From an uncultured bacterium (GTDB taxonomy: Bacteria > Krumholzibacteriota > Krumholzibacteriia > LZORAL124-64-63): a stretch of 64,000 bases of DNA. The DNA is taken from the NCBI GenBank assembly GCA_963727525.1, contig CAVSGO010000002.1, positions 128,001 through 192,000 of the forward strand, in the 5' to 3' direction. A program made the translations under genes and the position numbers. The notes under the pieces are model-generated. The model saw only the letters and a list, made by a program, of their open reading frames with translations. It did not search any database and was not told where the DNA came from. Below are positions 31,263 through 40,382 of the stretch, piece after piece. Numbering within the stretch: the first letter of the stretch is position 1; every line of letters starts with the position of its first letter.

Positions 31263-33988
31263 TGAACACGAAGACGACACGAGGCCTGCTGGCGGCCGCG
31301 GCTCTCGCGGCGCTCGCGATGGCGGCACCTGCCGGCGCTGCCGAGCTGGGCTGCGAGATCCCCCTCTTCGTCCAGGAAGGGTCGGTGGACGCGAACGTGA
31401 TGATCCTCTTCGACAACTCCGGATCGATGAACGAGGCGATGTTCCATCCTGACTTCGACCCGTTCACCAGCTACTCCGGGCCGTTCGACGAGAACCGTAC
31501 GTTCTACATCTCCAGTTCGGGCAACTACAAGCCCCGTACGGTCCCCGGCCGGCCCGGCGCGGCCAACCAGAATTCGCCGACCGCGTACCTGGTCAGTTCC
31601 TACTGGCAAGAGGGACGCTACCGCGGCAACTACCTGAACTGGATCTTCTACCACGCGACCGACGAACAGCGCGCCACCATACCGACATACTGCCGGATCG
31701 ACATCGCGCACGCGGTGGTGGCCGACCTCATCAATCGCTCGTCGCGCATCCGTTTCGGCCTCACGAAGTTCAATTACGACAACTTCGGCCACGTCGTCGC
31801 CCCCTGCGGCACGAGCAAGTCCGACCTCATCTACACCGTCAACCATATCCAGGGCGATAGCTGGACGCCGCTCGGCGAAACGATGGAGACAATCCTCAAC
31901 TATTTCGAGCGATCGAACAGCAACGCGCCGATCATCGCGAAGTGCCAGAAGAACTTCTGTATCGTGATCACCGACGGCTTCCCGACCATGGATCGCAACG
32001 TCAGCCACTACCTATGGGACACCGACGGCGATGGCAATGATCCGGGCAGTTGCACGAGCATCGGCTCGCCCGACCCCGACAACAACGATTGCAGCGACTT
32101 CCTCGACGACGTCGTCTATTACATGCACAACAACGACCTGCGCCCCGATCTCGAAAACGACGATGAGGTGGGGCAGAACGTCACGACCTACGCCATCGGC
32201 TTCGGCGTGGACGCGACGATCCTGCACGATACGGCCGTCAACGGCGGTGGCCTCTACTTCATGGCCGAGGGTGCCGCCGATCTGTGGACGAGTCTCGAAC
32301 TTGTGATGCTCGACATCATCAGCCGGATCTCAACCGGCGCTGCCGTGGCCGTGGTGTCCACCGAGCGCGGCACCGACGAGACGCTGTACCGCGGCAAGTT
32401 CATGCCCGGGAGCTGGAACGGCTTTCTCGAGGCGTTCGATCTCCCGTACGACAACGGCGACCCCTCGATCTGGGAAGCCGGCCACCTGCTCGCCGTGCGC
32501 GGTGCGAACGATCGCACCATCTTCACCGGTGTTGGTTCAACGCAGATGGACTTCACGACCTCCCAGGCGGCGACGCTGCAACCTTATCTCGGCGTGGCCA
32601 CGCAGACCATCGCGAGCGACGTCATCAGCTGGACCCGCGGTGAGTACGTCGCGAACTACCGCGATCGCGACGGCTGGATCCTCGGCGACATCATCCACTC
32701 CACGCCTGTCGTCGTGGGACCGCCGATGAACTTCTCCGAGGACCCAGATTACCAGGAGTTCGCTGCCAACAATGCCGGCCGCACGCGCATGATCTACGTG
32801 GGCGCGAACGACGGTATGTTGCACGCCTTCGAGGCGATCGACGGCCGCGAGAAGTGGGCCTTCGTACCACAGATCGCGCTCCCCGAGCTCGCGAGCATTG
32901 CCGACACCGCCTACTGCCACAAGTACACCGTGGACCTCACGCCGACAGTCAAGGACGTCAAGGTGAACGGCGTCTGGCGCACGATCCTGATCGGTGGCGG
33001 TCGCGAGGGTAACGCGGGCTACTTCGCGCTCGACGTGACCTACCCCGACTCGCCGACGTTGCTCTGGCAGGTCGAGCTGTATCATGACAAGGCCTTCTCG
33101 TCGGAAGTCGAGTTTGCGAACCTCGGCGGCACGGAGGTGGCGCTGATCGGGACCGGCCTCGACGACACCTCGGGCGAAGCCTATGTCGAGGTCTACCAGG
33201 TCTCGGACGGCACGCGGCTCGGTCGCCTGCAACTGAGCAACGACGCGTCGCGCCGCAACAAGGCCACGGCGACCCGGGTTGTCGATCTCGATCTCGACGG
33301 AGAGGACGATCTCGGCTACGTCGCCGATCTGCAGGGGCACCTGTGGCGCCTCGCGTTCAACGGCAGCGCGAATCCACTGTCGTGGGACGTCACGTGTCTC
33401 TGGCGCGGCAATTACGAGATTACGTCCACGCCCGTACCCGCCTACGGCGAGGCGAACAACATCCTCGTGTACTTCGGCACGGGAGCGTATCTCGACACCT
33501 CGGACCTGACGACTGCGGACGCGAATATCTTCTGCTGCGTCTACGATCGACATGACGGCGCGGAGTACGCCAGCCTCGTCGACCAGACCGACACGATCCA
33601 TGACATCGGCACGGCCGACGGCTGGTACGTGCGGCTGGAACACGAGGGAGAGCGTGTGACGGAGCCGGCCGCCGTCGTGGCGGGCACGGTGCTGTTCACG
33701 TCGTACGCGCCGAGCCATGAGCTGTGCTCGGCCGGTGGCTTCTCGTGGCTGTGGCGGGTGTCGTACCTCGATGGCGACGTGCCCGACGACGGCGAGGATG
33801 ATGCCTGGAACGGCGACCGCTTCGTCGAGCTCGGCGGGGGCGTGGCGTCACGCCCGGTGGTCGACATCGTGAACGAGACGGTCATCGTGCAGTCGTCTGA
33901 CGCGACGATCACCGTCCAGGATATCGGCCAGAACTTCTTCCATCTCACGGTGCGCTCGTGGCAGGAAACGTTCGGCAACAACCCGTGA
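31262..33988 (+). CDS. pilY1: PilY1/PilC-type pilus tip adhesin with vWA domain
   Basis: Signal peptide, MIDAS 'ILFDNSGSM', 'TPL.E', 'VITDGFPT'; C-terminal 'LGDIIHSTPVVVG', 'YVGANDGMLHAF', 'E.WAFVP', Ca loop 'DLDLDGEDD.GY.ADL.G'. Confidence 0.9.
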   Translation: MNTKTTRGLLAAAALAALAMAAPAGAAELGCEIPLFVQEGSVDANVMILFDNSGSMNEAMFHPDFDPFTSYSGPFDENRTFYISSSGNYKPRTVPGRPGAANQNSPTAYLVSSYWQEGRYRGNYLNWIFYHATDEQRATIPTYCRIDIAHAVVADLINRSSRIRFGLTKFNYDNFGHVVAPCGTSKSDLIYTVNHIQGDSWTPLGETMETILNYFERSNSNAPIIAKCQKNFCIVITDGFPTMDRNVSHYLWDTDGDGNDPGSCTSIGSPDPDNNDCSDFLDDVVYYMHNNDLRPDLENDDEVGQNVTTYAIGFGVDATILHDTAVNGGGLYFMAEGAADLWTSLELVMLDIISRISTGAAVAVVSTERGTDETLYRGKFMPGSWNGFLEAFDLPYDNGDPSIWEAGHLLAVRGANDRTIFTGVGSTQMDFTTSQAATLQPYLGVATQTIASDVISWTRGEYVANYRDRDGWILGDIIHSTPVVVGPPMNFSEDPDYQEFAANNAGRTRMIYVGANDGMLHAFEAIDGREKWAFVPQIALPELASIADTAYCHKYTVDLTPTVKDVKVNGVWRTILIGGGREGNAGYFALDVTYPDSPTLLWQVELYHDKAFSSEVEFANLGGTEVALIGTGLDDTSGEAYVEVYQVSDGTRLGRLQLSNDASRRNKATATRVVDLDLDGEDDLGYVADLQGHLWRLAFNGSANPLSWDVTCLWRGNYEITSTPVPAYGEANNILVYFGTGAYLDTSDLTTADANIFCCVYDRHDGAEYASLVDQTDTIHDIGTADGWYVRLEHEGERVTEPAAVVAGTVLFTSYAPSHELCSAGGFSWLWRVSYLDGDVPDDGEDDAWNGDRFVELGGGVASRPVVDIVNETVIVQSSDATITVQDIGQNFFHLTVRSWQETFGNNP

Positions 33989-34014
33989 CCGGTCCGTCAG
34001 CAGGAGGAGACAGC

Positions 34015-34464
34015 ATGCGTCCCAGCCTTCGATATCTCAGCCGCCACGGCGCCTGCCTGGGGACGGTCATCGTCATGGCCATGCTCGTCGCGACCCTGCC
34101 GGCCCTGGCCGGCACGGTGAACGGCAAAAACATGAAGAGCCACGCGCGTCCCGAGCGTGTGAAATCGAGCAAGCGGTTCGTCTTCAAGACCGGGACGTTG
34201 CATCTCGACCGGTTCGGCAACTGGGTGCTCGGCGACGGCACCCCGCTCCTGACCGATGACGAGACCCTGTGGACGGACGAGCAACACAAGGACGGATCCG
34301 GCACGCCGTCGGAGGGCCGGATGGTGAAGCTGATGTGTCAGCCGGGACTACGGGGACTACTGATCCGTCAGGGGACGTTGCTCGACCCACTTCGCGCAGG
34401 CGCAGCGGCCTCGGTGCCGGTGGAGTCGGTACCCGATACGCCCGAGCCGCGACGGCCTCACTGA
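34015..34464 (+). CDS. Hypothetical secreted protein, last gene of the pilin cluster
   Basis: AGGAGGAG RBS, ATG 34015, N-terminal hydrophobic signal ending 'LPALA'. Confidence 0.55.
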   Translation: MRPSLRYLSRHGACLGTVIVMAMLVATLPALAGTVNGKNMKSHARPERVKSSKRFVFKTGTLHLDRFGNWVLGDGTPLLTDDETLWTDEQHKDGSGTPSEGRMVKLMCQPGLRGLLIRQGTLLDPLRAGAAASVPVESVPDTPEPRRPH

Positions 34465-36497
34465 TCGGGCGCGGTCGTCCCCGCACTCAGCGCGGCGGAC
34501 AGTTCGGCGATCTGACGCTGCTCGTCATCCGTGATGGCGGGCAGCGTCAGCGCGTGGCGCAGCAGCGTCCGGGCCTCGTCGAAGCGCCCTTGCTGCCAGC
34601 GTAACCGGGCCAGGTTGTACCAGCCGGGCACGTAGTCGGGAAAGTCCTCGGTCAATCTGGCGAGGACCCGGGCGGCGGCGGCGAACCTGCCGCACTCCGC
34701 ATATAGCGAGGCAAGATTACTGCGGTATCGGGCGCGTCCCGGTTCGCGAGCCACGGCTTCCGCCATCGCCTCCACCGCCCCGGCGAGGTCGCCCGCCTCG
34801 CGCCGTACGAGGGCCAGCCCATGGTAGGGCGCCGCCCAGGTCGTATCGAGTGCGGCGGCGCGCATGAAGCCCGCCTCGGCGGCGCTCGTTCGGTGCAGGG
34901 CCGCCAGGCAGCGTGCGCGGCGATACTGGATGAACCGGTCGTTGGGCAGGCGCCGCATCGCCTCGTCGTAGCTGGCGAGGGCGGCCTCGGAATCGCCTGC
35001 CTTCTCCAGGTATCCGCCCTGCCGGTATGCGGTCTCGGCCAGGCCTGGTTCGAGCACCTCCGCGGCAGCGCAGGCCGAGAAAATGCCGACGCGATCGCCG
35101 GCATCGGCGGCGCGCGAGGCCCGGTTCAGCTCGCAGTACCAGAACTCCTCGTTGCGGGGAAATGCCGTCCAGCTCGGCCACAGCGCCACCAGCATGCCGA
35201 CCGCGGCGAGGCTCCAGACCACGACCCGGCGCCGTGAACCGTGGCGCGGGAGTGTTCCCAGCGCTAGCGCGAACGCCGCCGTGCTGATGGCCAGCAGCGG
35301 CACGATCGGCAACCGGTAGCGCGTCGTCGGGAAGAAAGGCAGCAGGCTGAGGAAATACCCGCCGACCACTGCGAGCCAGACCCCGCGCGCCGGCGGCCGC
35401 AGCCAGGCCATGCCGAGCAGTCCACCCGCGCTCAGCACCGCGAAGGGCAGGAATAGCCAGCGTAGCGGCATGAGGCGTGTCCGCCAGAAGTTCCAGCTCA
35501 CGATCTGCGGCAACTCGTATCCGCTCCAGAAGCGCACGACCTTGCGCGCGTAGTGCCGGACCATCGCCTTCGGCTCGCTCGTGAATCGCGTTACGGCGCG
35601 CCGTGTCAGCTCGTGAGACACCTGCGACGGTGCAAGGTCGTGCCCCTCCTCCGCTTCGAGGCGGATCGCGCCCGTCGGGTCGAACTCGAAGCTCGGCGTG
35701 CGCGTGATCGGTCCGAAAATACCGCCATACTGATCCTGCTGACCGATGAGCAGGTTCACACCGCCGTTGCTGGTCAGCAGCACGAGGTCACCGCCCACCA
35801 CGAGGTTGCGCACCGTCACTGGCAGCACTGCCAGAGCCACGCCCAGCACCAGCATCGCGACCCGACACAGGACGCTCCGGCCGCCCAGTCCGCGGCCGCG
35901 TAGCAGCCACGGCAACGTCAACGTCAGCACCAGGACGTTGCCCCGCGCGGTGGCCGTCAGGCCGACGAGCAGGCCGAGCACCAGCCAGCGCCGCAGCTGC
36001 GGCTGCTCCCAGGCCCGCCATGCCTGCCACGCGATCAGCAGCACGAGCGTGGTGACCACCGTGACCATGAGGCGCAGTCCGGCGTAGAACACGGGCGGTC
36101 CATACGCGCTGTAGAGCGCGGCGGCGAGCAGGCCCGTGCGGGTGTCCGCCCAGCGCCGGCCCACAGCGTAGACCAGCGCGACGTTCCCCAGGCTGAGTCC
36201 CCACTGCAGGATCATCATCGCCGACCCTCCGACACCGAACACCCGATAGACCAGCGCCAGGAGATGAGGATAGAGCGGACCCATCCAGTATGGTTCCCCC
36301 TTGCCCCAGTCGCCGGACACCAGTCGGCGCGCCCAGAGGTCGTAATCGGAGCTATCCAGGAATGGCACCGTGAACAGGTGGGTATGGCGCATGAACAGAT
36401 AAGTCGCCACGCGCACGGCCAGGCCGAGCACGATCAGCAGGCCGAGGACTGCGGAGGGGGGAATCGCCTTGATTTGGCGCAGGTCATTGTTCAACAT
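34458..36497 (-). CDS. GT39/ArnT-like membrane glycosyltransferase with C-terminal TPRs
   Basis: 'DSSDYDLWA', 'PLYPHLLA.VY', many TM segments, 'VTVRN...SNGGVNL.IG', 'RYRLP', TPR-like helices in the last ~200 aa. Confidence 0.8.
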   Translation of the reverse strand: MLNNDLRQIKAIPPSAVLGLLIVLGLAVRVATYLFMRHTHLFTVPFLDSSDYDLWARRLVSGDWGKGEPYWMGPLYPHLLALVYRVFGVGGSAMMILQWGLSLGNVALVYAVGRRWADTRTGLLAAALYSAYGPPVFYAGLRLMVTVVTTLVLLIAWQAWRAWEQPQLRRWLVLGLLVGLTATARGNVLVLTLTLPWLLRGRGLGGRSVLCRVAMLVLGVALAVLPVTVRNLVVGGDLVLLTSNGGVNLLIGQQDQYGGIFGPITRTPSFEFDPTGAIRLEAEEGHDLAPSQVSHELTRRAVTRFTSEPKAMVRHYARKVVRFWSGYELPQIVSWNFWRTRLMPLRWLFLPFAVLSAGGLLGMAWLRPPARGVWLAVVGGYFLSLLPFFPTTRYRLPIVPLLAISTAAFALALGTLPRHGSRRRVVVWSLAAVGMLVALWPSWTAFPRNEEFWYCELNRASRAADAGDRVGIFSACAAAEVLEPGLAETAYRQGGYLEKAGDSEAALASYDEAMRRLPNDRFIQYRRARCLAALHRTSAAEAGFMRAAALDTTWAAPYHGLALVRREAGDLAGAVEAMAEAVAREPGRARYRSNLASLYAECGRFAAAARVLARLTEDFPDYVPGWYNLARLRWQQGRFDEARTLLRHALTLPAITDDEQRQIAELSAALSAGTTAPDQ

Positions 36498-36539
36498 GGA
36501 GTGGATCCCACCCGCGTTTTCGCGTCTCAGGAGGCCGCC

Positions 36540-37610
36540 ATGGACATCCGCATCGAGCGCAATCCCGATCCGCCCGCGCCCCCGGCACCTGCAACGTACG
36601 GCTTCGGTGCGCAGTTCACGCCGCACATGTTCATGATGAACCACAGGGACGGTGCCTGGCAGGATCCCCGCATCGTCCCGTATGGGCCCCTCGCGCTCGA
36701 CCCCGCCGCCAAGGTCCTGCACTATGCGCAGGAGATTTTCGAAGGCATGAAGGCGTATCGCAATCCGCGCGACGGTTCGGTGCACATGTTCCGGCCCGAC
36801 ATGAACATCCTGCGCTTCAATCGCAGCACCGAGCGCATGTGCATGCCGGCCGTGGATCCGGAACTGTTCATGTCCGCGCTCGAAAAGCTCATCGGACTCG
36901 ACGCAGCCTGGGTGCCCGAACCGCCCAACGCCCTCTACATCAGACCCACGCTCTTCGGCGACCAGCCCAGCCTCGGTGTCGCGGCATCGACCAGCTACCT
37001 CTTCTACATCATCATCGGGCCGGTGGGCAGCTACTTCAAGAACGGGATCAAGCCGCTGCGCCTCAAGGCGGAAACCACCTATGTGCGTTCGGCGCCCGGC
37101 GGCACCGGCTATGCCAAGACCGGCGGCAACTACGCATCTGCTCTGCTGCCCATCCAGTACGCCCGGGCCGAGGGCTTCGACCAGATCATCTGGCTCGACG
37201 CGGTGAATCGCCGCACGGTCGAGGAGATGGGCGCCATGAACATCGCCTTCGTGTACGAGGACCACGTGCTCACCGCCCCGCTGGGCGATACGATCCTGGC
37301 CGGCATCACGCGTGACTCCATCGGTGTGCTCTGCAGGGACTTCGGCATTCCCTGGGTGGAGTCGCCGCCCGTGATCCGCGCCATCTGCGACGACGCCGCG
37401 AGCGGAAAGCTCAAGGAGGTCTTTGCGTGTGGAACGGCCGCGGTGGTCACGCCGGTGGGCTCGATCAGCCTCGACGGTGAGGACGCCACCGTGGGCGAGG
37501 GCGGCGAGGGGCCGGTCACGCGGCGCCTGCGCGAGACCCTGTGGGAGCTCCACTCCGGCACGAGCGAACGGCATCCCGAGTGGATCCACCGCGTGCCCAG
37601 CATGCGCTGA
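36540..37610 (+). CDS. ilvE: Branched-chain amino acid aminotransferase
   Basis: 'LHYAQEIFEGMKAY', 'FRP', 'LYIRP', PLP lysine 'GTG.AKTGGNY', 'EEMGAMN', 'ILAGITRDS', 'CGTAAVVTPV'. Confidence 0.96.
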   Translation: MDIRIERNPDPPAPPAPATYGFGAQFTPHMFMMNHRDGAWQDPRIVPYGPLALDPAAKVLHYAQEIFEGMKAYRNPRDGSVHMFRPDMNILRFNRSTERMCMPAVDPELFMSALEKLIGLDAAWVPEPPNALYIRPTLFGDQPSLGVAASTSYLFYIIIGPVGSYFKNGIKPLRLKAETTYVRSAPGGTGYAKTGGNYASALLPIQYARAEGFDQIIWLDAVNRRTVEEMGAMNIAFVYEDHVLTAPLGDTILAGITRDSIGVLCRDFGIPWVESPPVIRAICDDAASGKLKEVFACGTAAVVTPVGSISLDGEDATVGEGGEGPVTRRLRETLWELHSGTSERHPEWIHRVPSMR

Positions 37611-37669
37611 CGATTGGTGGCACTGACCGTCCCGTGCATCGACCGGACGTTACGCCGAAGGCTACGACC

Positions 37670-38518
37670 GTGAAGAACCTCGCCCTCGATCGCGCGCTCG
37701 TCTGCTTCGATCTGGAGACGACCGGCACCGACGTCATGCGCGATCGCATCGTCCAGATCGCCGCCATCCGGGTGGAGCCCGACGGCTCGCGACAGACGCA
37801 CAGCAGTCTCGTGAATCCCGGCTGTTCCATCCCTGCCGGAGCGACGGCGGTGCACGGCATCACCGATGCCGACGTGGCCGACGCCCCGCCGTTCGCGATC
37901 CTCTGGCCGCGCCTGGCGTCGCTCTTTGCCGACGCCGACCTTGCCGGCTTCAACATGGTGAACTTCGATCTGCCGCTGCTCGAGGAGGAAGTGAGGCGTA
38001 CCGGCGACGACCTCGCCGTGAGCGGTCGCCGTCTCCTCGACGCCATGCGCATCTTCCACCGCAAGGAACCGCGCGACCTCACGGCCGCGCTGAGGTTCTA
38101 CTGCGACGAGGACCTCGCCGGCGCCCACGACGCGCTGGCCGACACCACGGCCACCCTCGACGTGCTCGACGCGCAGCTCGCCCGCTATCCCGACCTGCCG
38201 CGCGACGCGGCCGGTCTGCACGCGTTCTGCAATCCGCACGCCGATCTCTACCTCGATCGTACACGCCGCCTGCGCTGGAACGACGACGGCGACGCCGTGC
38301 TCGCCTTCGGCAAGCACGAGGGACGCACCCTGGAGGAGATGGTGGGATCGCGCGCGGGGCGCGGCTACCTCGAGTGGATGGTGAGCTCGGACTTCAAGCA
38401 GGACGTCAAGGATATCCTGCGCGAGGCGCTCGACGGTGTGTATCCTCGCCGCCACGGGGAGGATTCGGGCGAGACTCGCGAGGCCTCCGGTCCGCCCAGC
38501 CTCTTTCCGGACATCTGA
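37670..38518 (+). CDS. DEDDh 3'-5' exonuclease (DnaQ/PolC-like)
   Basis: ExoI 'FDLETTG', 'VHGITD', ExoII 'GFN...FD', ExoIII 'AHDALAD', C-terminal 'FGKH.G'. Confidence 0.92.
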   Translation: MKNLALDRALVCFDLETTGTDVMRDRIVQIAAIRVEPDGSRQTHSSLVNPGCSIPAGATAVHGITDADVADAPPFAILWPRLASLFADADLAGFNMVNFDLPLLEEEVRRTGDDLAVSGRRLLDAMRIFHRKEPRDLTAALRFYCDEDLAGAHDALADTTATLDVLDAQLARYPDLPRDAAGLHAFCNPHADLYLDRTRRLRWNDDGDAVLAFGKHEGRTLEEMVGSRAGRGYLEWMVSSDFKQDVKDILREALDGVYPRRHGEDSGETREASGPPSLFPDI

Positions 38519-38532
38519 TTCCAGGTTTTCCT

Positions 38533-38559
38533 TCAATCTCCTCTCCGCATGGCCGAAAA
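38533..38559 (+). promoter_or_regulatory. Putative sigma28 (FliA-type) promoter of the HDOD gene
   Basis: TCAA-N15-GCCGAAAA versus consensus TAAA-N15-GCCGATAA. Confidence 0.5.
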
Positions 38560-38632
38560 GGCAGCCATGAGCTGTCGCCCGGCAGATCCGTCGCCCCGGA
38601 CCCGTCGCCCTGTCGAGACAGGAGATTGAACG

Positions 38633-39538
38633 ATGACCACCGATATCACCGACGCGAGGTCCACACCCGATGCCGCGACGTCCCGGCGCCAGAAGGTCGA
38701 CGTCCATGTGCTCGCGCGGATCGATCGTCTGCCCAGCCTCTCGTCCGTCGTCGCCGAGTTCCTGCAGCTATGCCGCAAGGAGTTCTTCACCGCCCGTGAC
38801 TTCGAGGCCGTCATCGCCAAGGATCAGGCCCTCGTGGCCCGACTGTTGCGCGTGGCTAACAGCGCCATGTACGGCCGCCCTCGCAGCATCCGCGCGATCG
38901 CCGAGGCCGTGGTGCTGGTGGGGCTCGAGAGCATGACCAAGATGGTCTACGCCGTCAGCACCGAGGGCCTCACCCGCAAGCGCCTCGTCAACTACGCCTA
39001 CGACCCCAGCCGCGGCTTCTGGATGCACTCCACGGCCGTGGGGCTGGCGGCGCGCGCCCTCGCGGAGGCCCTGCCGTCGCGTCCCGTGCACCAGGAAGAA
39101 GCCTTCGTCTCCGGCCTGCTGCACGACGTGGGCAAGCTCGTCATCGACGACTTCCTCCCCCCGGTACCCGGCAAGCGCATGGTGACCAGACACGAGGAAG
39201 TGAGCGCCGTCGGTCTCGATCACGCCGAGCTGGCCGAGATCATCCTGGGTCAGTGGCGTCTGCCCGACTCCATTGTCGAGGCCGTCCGCTATCACCACTG
39301 TCCCGACGAGGCGCCCGCCAATCCGAACGGGGCACGCCTGCTGATGCTCGCGCAGAACATCGTCGCCACCTGGCAGGTGGGTTTCCACACCCCCATCGAC
39401 CTTGCCGCCGACTTCGACGCCGCGCCGAGCGCCTTGCTGATCCAGGCCCTGGGGCTACCGTCGAATAAACTCCCCCAGATTCTCTGGGACATCCGGCAGC
39501 AGCTGGCCAGCATCGAGAAGATGTACCCCGAGGCCTGA
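38633..39538 (+). CDS. HDOD domain signal transduction protein
   Basis: 'LPSL', 'DQALVARLLRVANS', 'FW.HS', 'GLLHDVGKL', 'DHAEL...W.LP', 'HH.P'. Confidence 0.93.
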   Translation: MTTDITDARSTPDAATSRRQKVDVHVLARIDRLPSLSSVVAEFLQLCRKEFFTARDFEAVIAKDQALVARLLRVANSAMYGRPRSIRAIAEAVVLVGLESMTKMVYAVSTEGLTRKRLVNYAYDPSRGFWMHSTAVGLAARALAEALPSRPVHQEEAFVSGLLHDVGKLVIDDFLPPVPGKRMVTRHEEVSAVGLDHAELAEIILGQWRLPDSIVEAVRYHHCPDEAPANPNGARLLMLAQNIVATWQVGFHTPIDLAADFDAAPSALLIQALGLPSNKLPQILWDIRQQLASIEKMYPEA

Positions 39539-39576
39539 CCTCGCCTCGCCTGAGCCAAGCTCCTTCGTCGCCGATG

Positions 39577-39594
39577 TTTTTGTTGCGACAAAAA
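39577..39594. promoter_or_regulatory. AT-rich inverted repeat, candidate DtxR/MntR-family operator
   Basis: TTTTTGT-TGCG-ACAAAAA about 95 bp upstream of the dtxR-feo operon. Confidence 0.5.
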
Positions 39595-39687
39595 TAATTT
39601 GGGGCCAACGACTTCCGGCGCTTATCATGGGAGGTGCGGGTGCGTGGAGGGCGAGTGGAGACGGATGTCGGACAAGGGGAAAGACCC

Positions 39688-40137
39688 ATGGCGAACGAGG
39701 TCAGCGCCAGCCTTGAAGACTACCTGGAGGCGATCCTCCACATCGTGGACGCCAAGCAGGCGGCCCGTGCGAAGGATATCGTCGACCGGCTCGGCGTGCA
39801 CAACTCGTCGGTGACGCAGGCGCTGCGCGCGCTGTCGGAGAAGGGGCTCGTGAACTATGCGCCCTACGACATCGTCACCCTCACCGACGAGGGGCGGCGC
39901 ATCGCCGCCGACGTGGCGAAACGCCACCAGGCGTTGCGCCAGTTTCTGGTGGAAGTGCTCGGCATCTCCCTGGAGCGCGCCGAGACCGAGGCGTGCCGTC
40001 TCGAGCATGCGGTCTCCGGCCAGGTGATCAATCGTATCTCCAAGCTCATCGAGTTCCATCGCGAAAACCCGTGCGGGATGTGCCGCTGGGACGAGGCGCA
40101 GAACGGCTTTGTGGCCCGGGTGGCCGCGAAGGAGTGA
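39688..40137 (+). CDS. DtxR/MntR family metal-dependent transcriptional regulator
   Basis: 'SLEDYLEAI', HTH 'KDIVDRLGV..SSVT..L', 'LTDEG', 'RH..L..FL', 'EACRLEH'. Confidence 0.93.
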   Translation: MANEVSASLEDYLEAILHIVDAKQAARAKDIVDRLGVHNSSVTQALRALSEKGLVNYAPYDIVTLTDEGRRIAADVAKRHQALRQFLVEVLGISLERAETEACRLEHAVSGQVINRISKLIEFHRENPCGMCRWDEAQNGFVARVAAKE

Positions 40138-40141
40138 GACG

Positions 40142-40357
40142 ATGCCGCTGGCCTTGGTGAAGGAGGGAACCCGCGCAATCCTGCGTTCCATCAATGGTGG
40201 ACACGGCCTGCGCGGCCGCCTCGCGGCGCTGGGGCTGATTCCGGGCGCCGAGATCGAGGTGCTGCGCAACGCAGGCCGTGGCCCTTTCGTCGTCGCCGTG
40301 GGTGGTGCCCGCCTGGTGCTGGGCCGCGGCATGGCGATGCAGATCGAGGTCGAGTGA
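40142..40357 (+). CDS. feoA: Ferrous iron transport protein A
   Basis: 'MPL', 'RL.ALGL.PG', 'GP.VV.V.G.RL.LGRGMA..I.V'. Confidence 0.92.
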   Translation: MPLALVKEGTRAILRSINGGHGLRGRLAALGLIPGAEIEVLRNAGRGPFVVAVGGARLVLGRGMAMQIEVE

Positions 40358-40382
40358 TCGCAGCGACCGCGAGTCCACTCCG

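Noticed and set aside
40130..40145. Read-through fusion of dtxR with feoA to rebuild a three-domain DtxR
   Set aside because: The genes are in different frames, no slippery sequence is visible, and feoA has its own AGGAG RBS.
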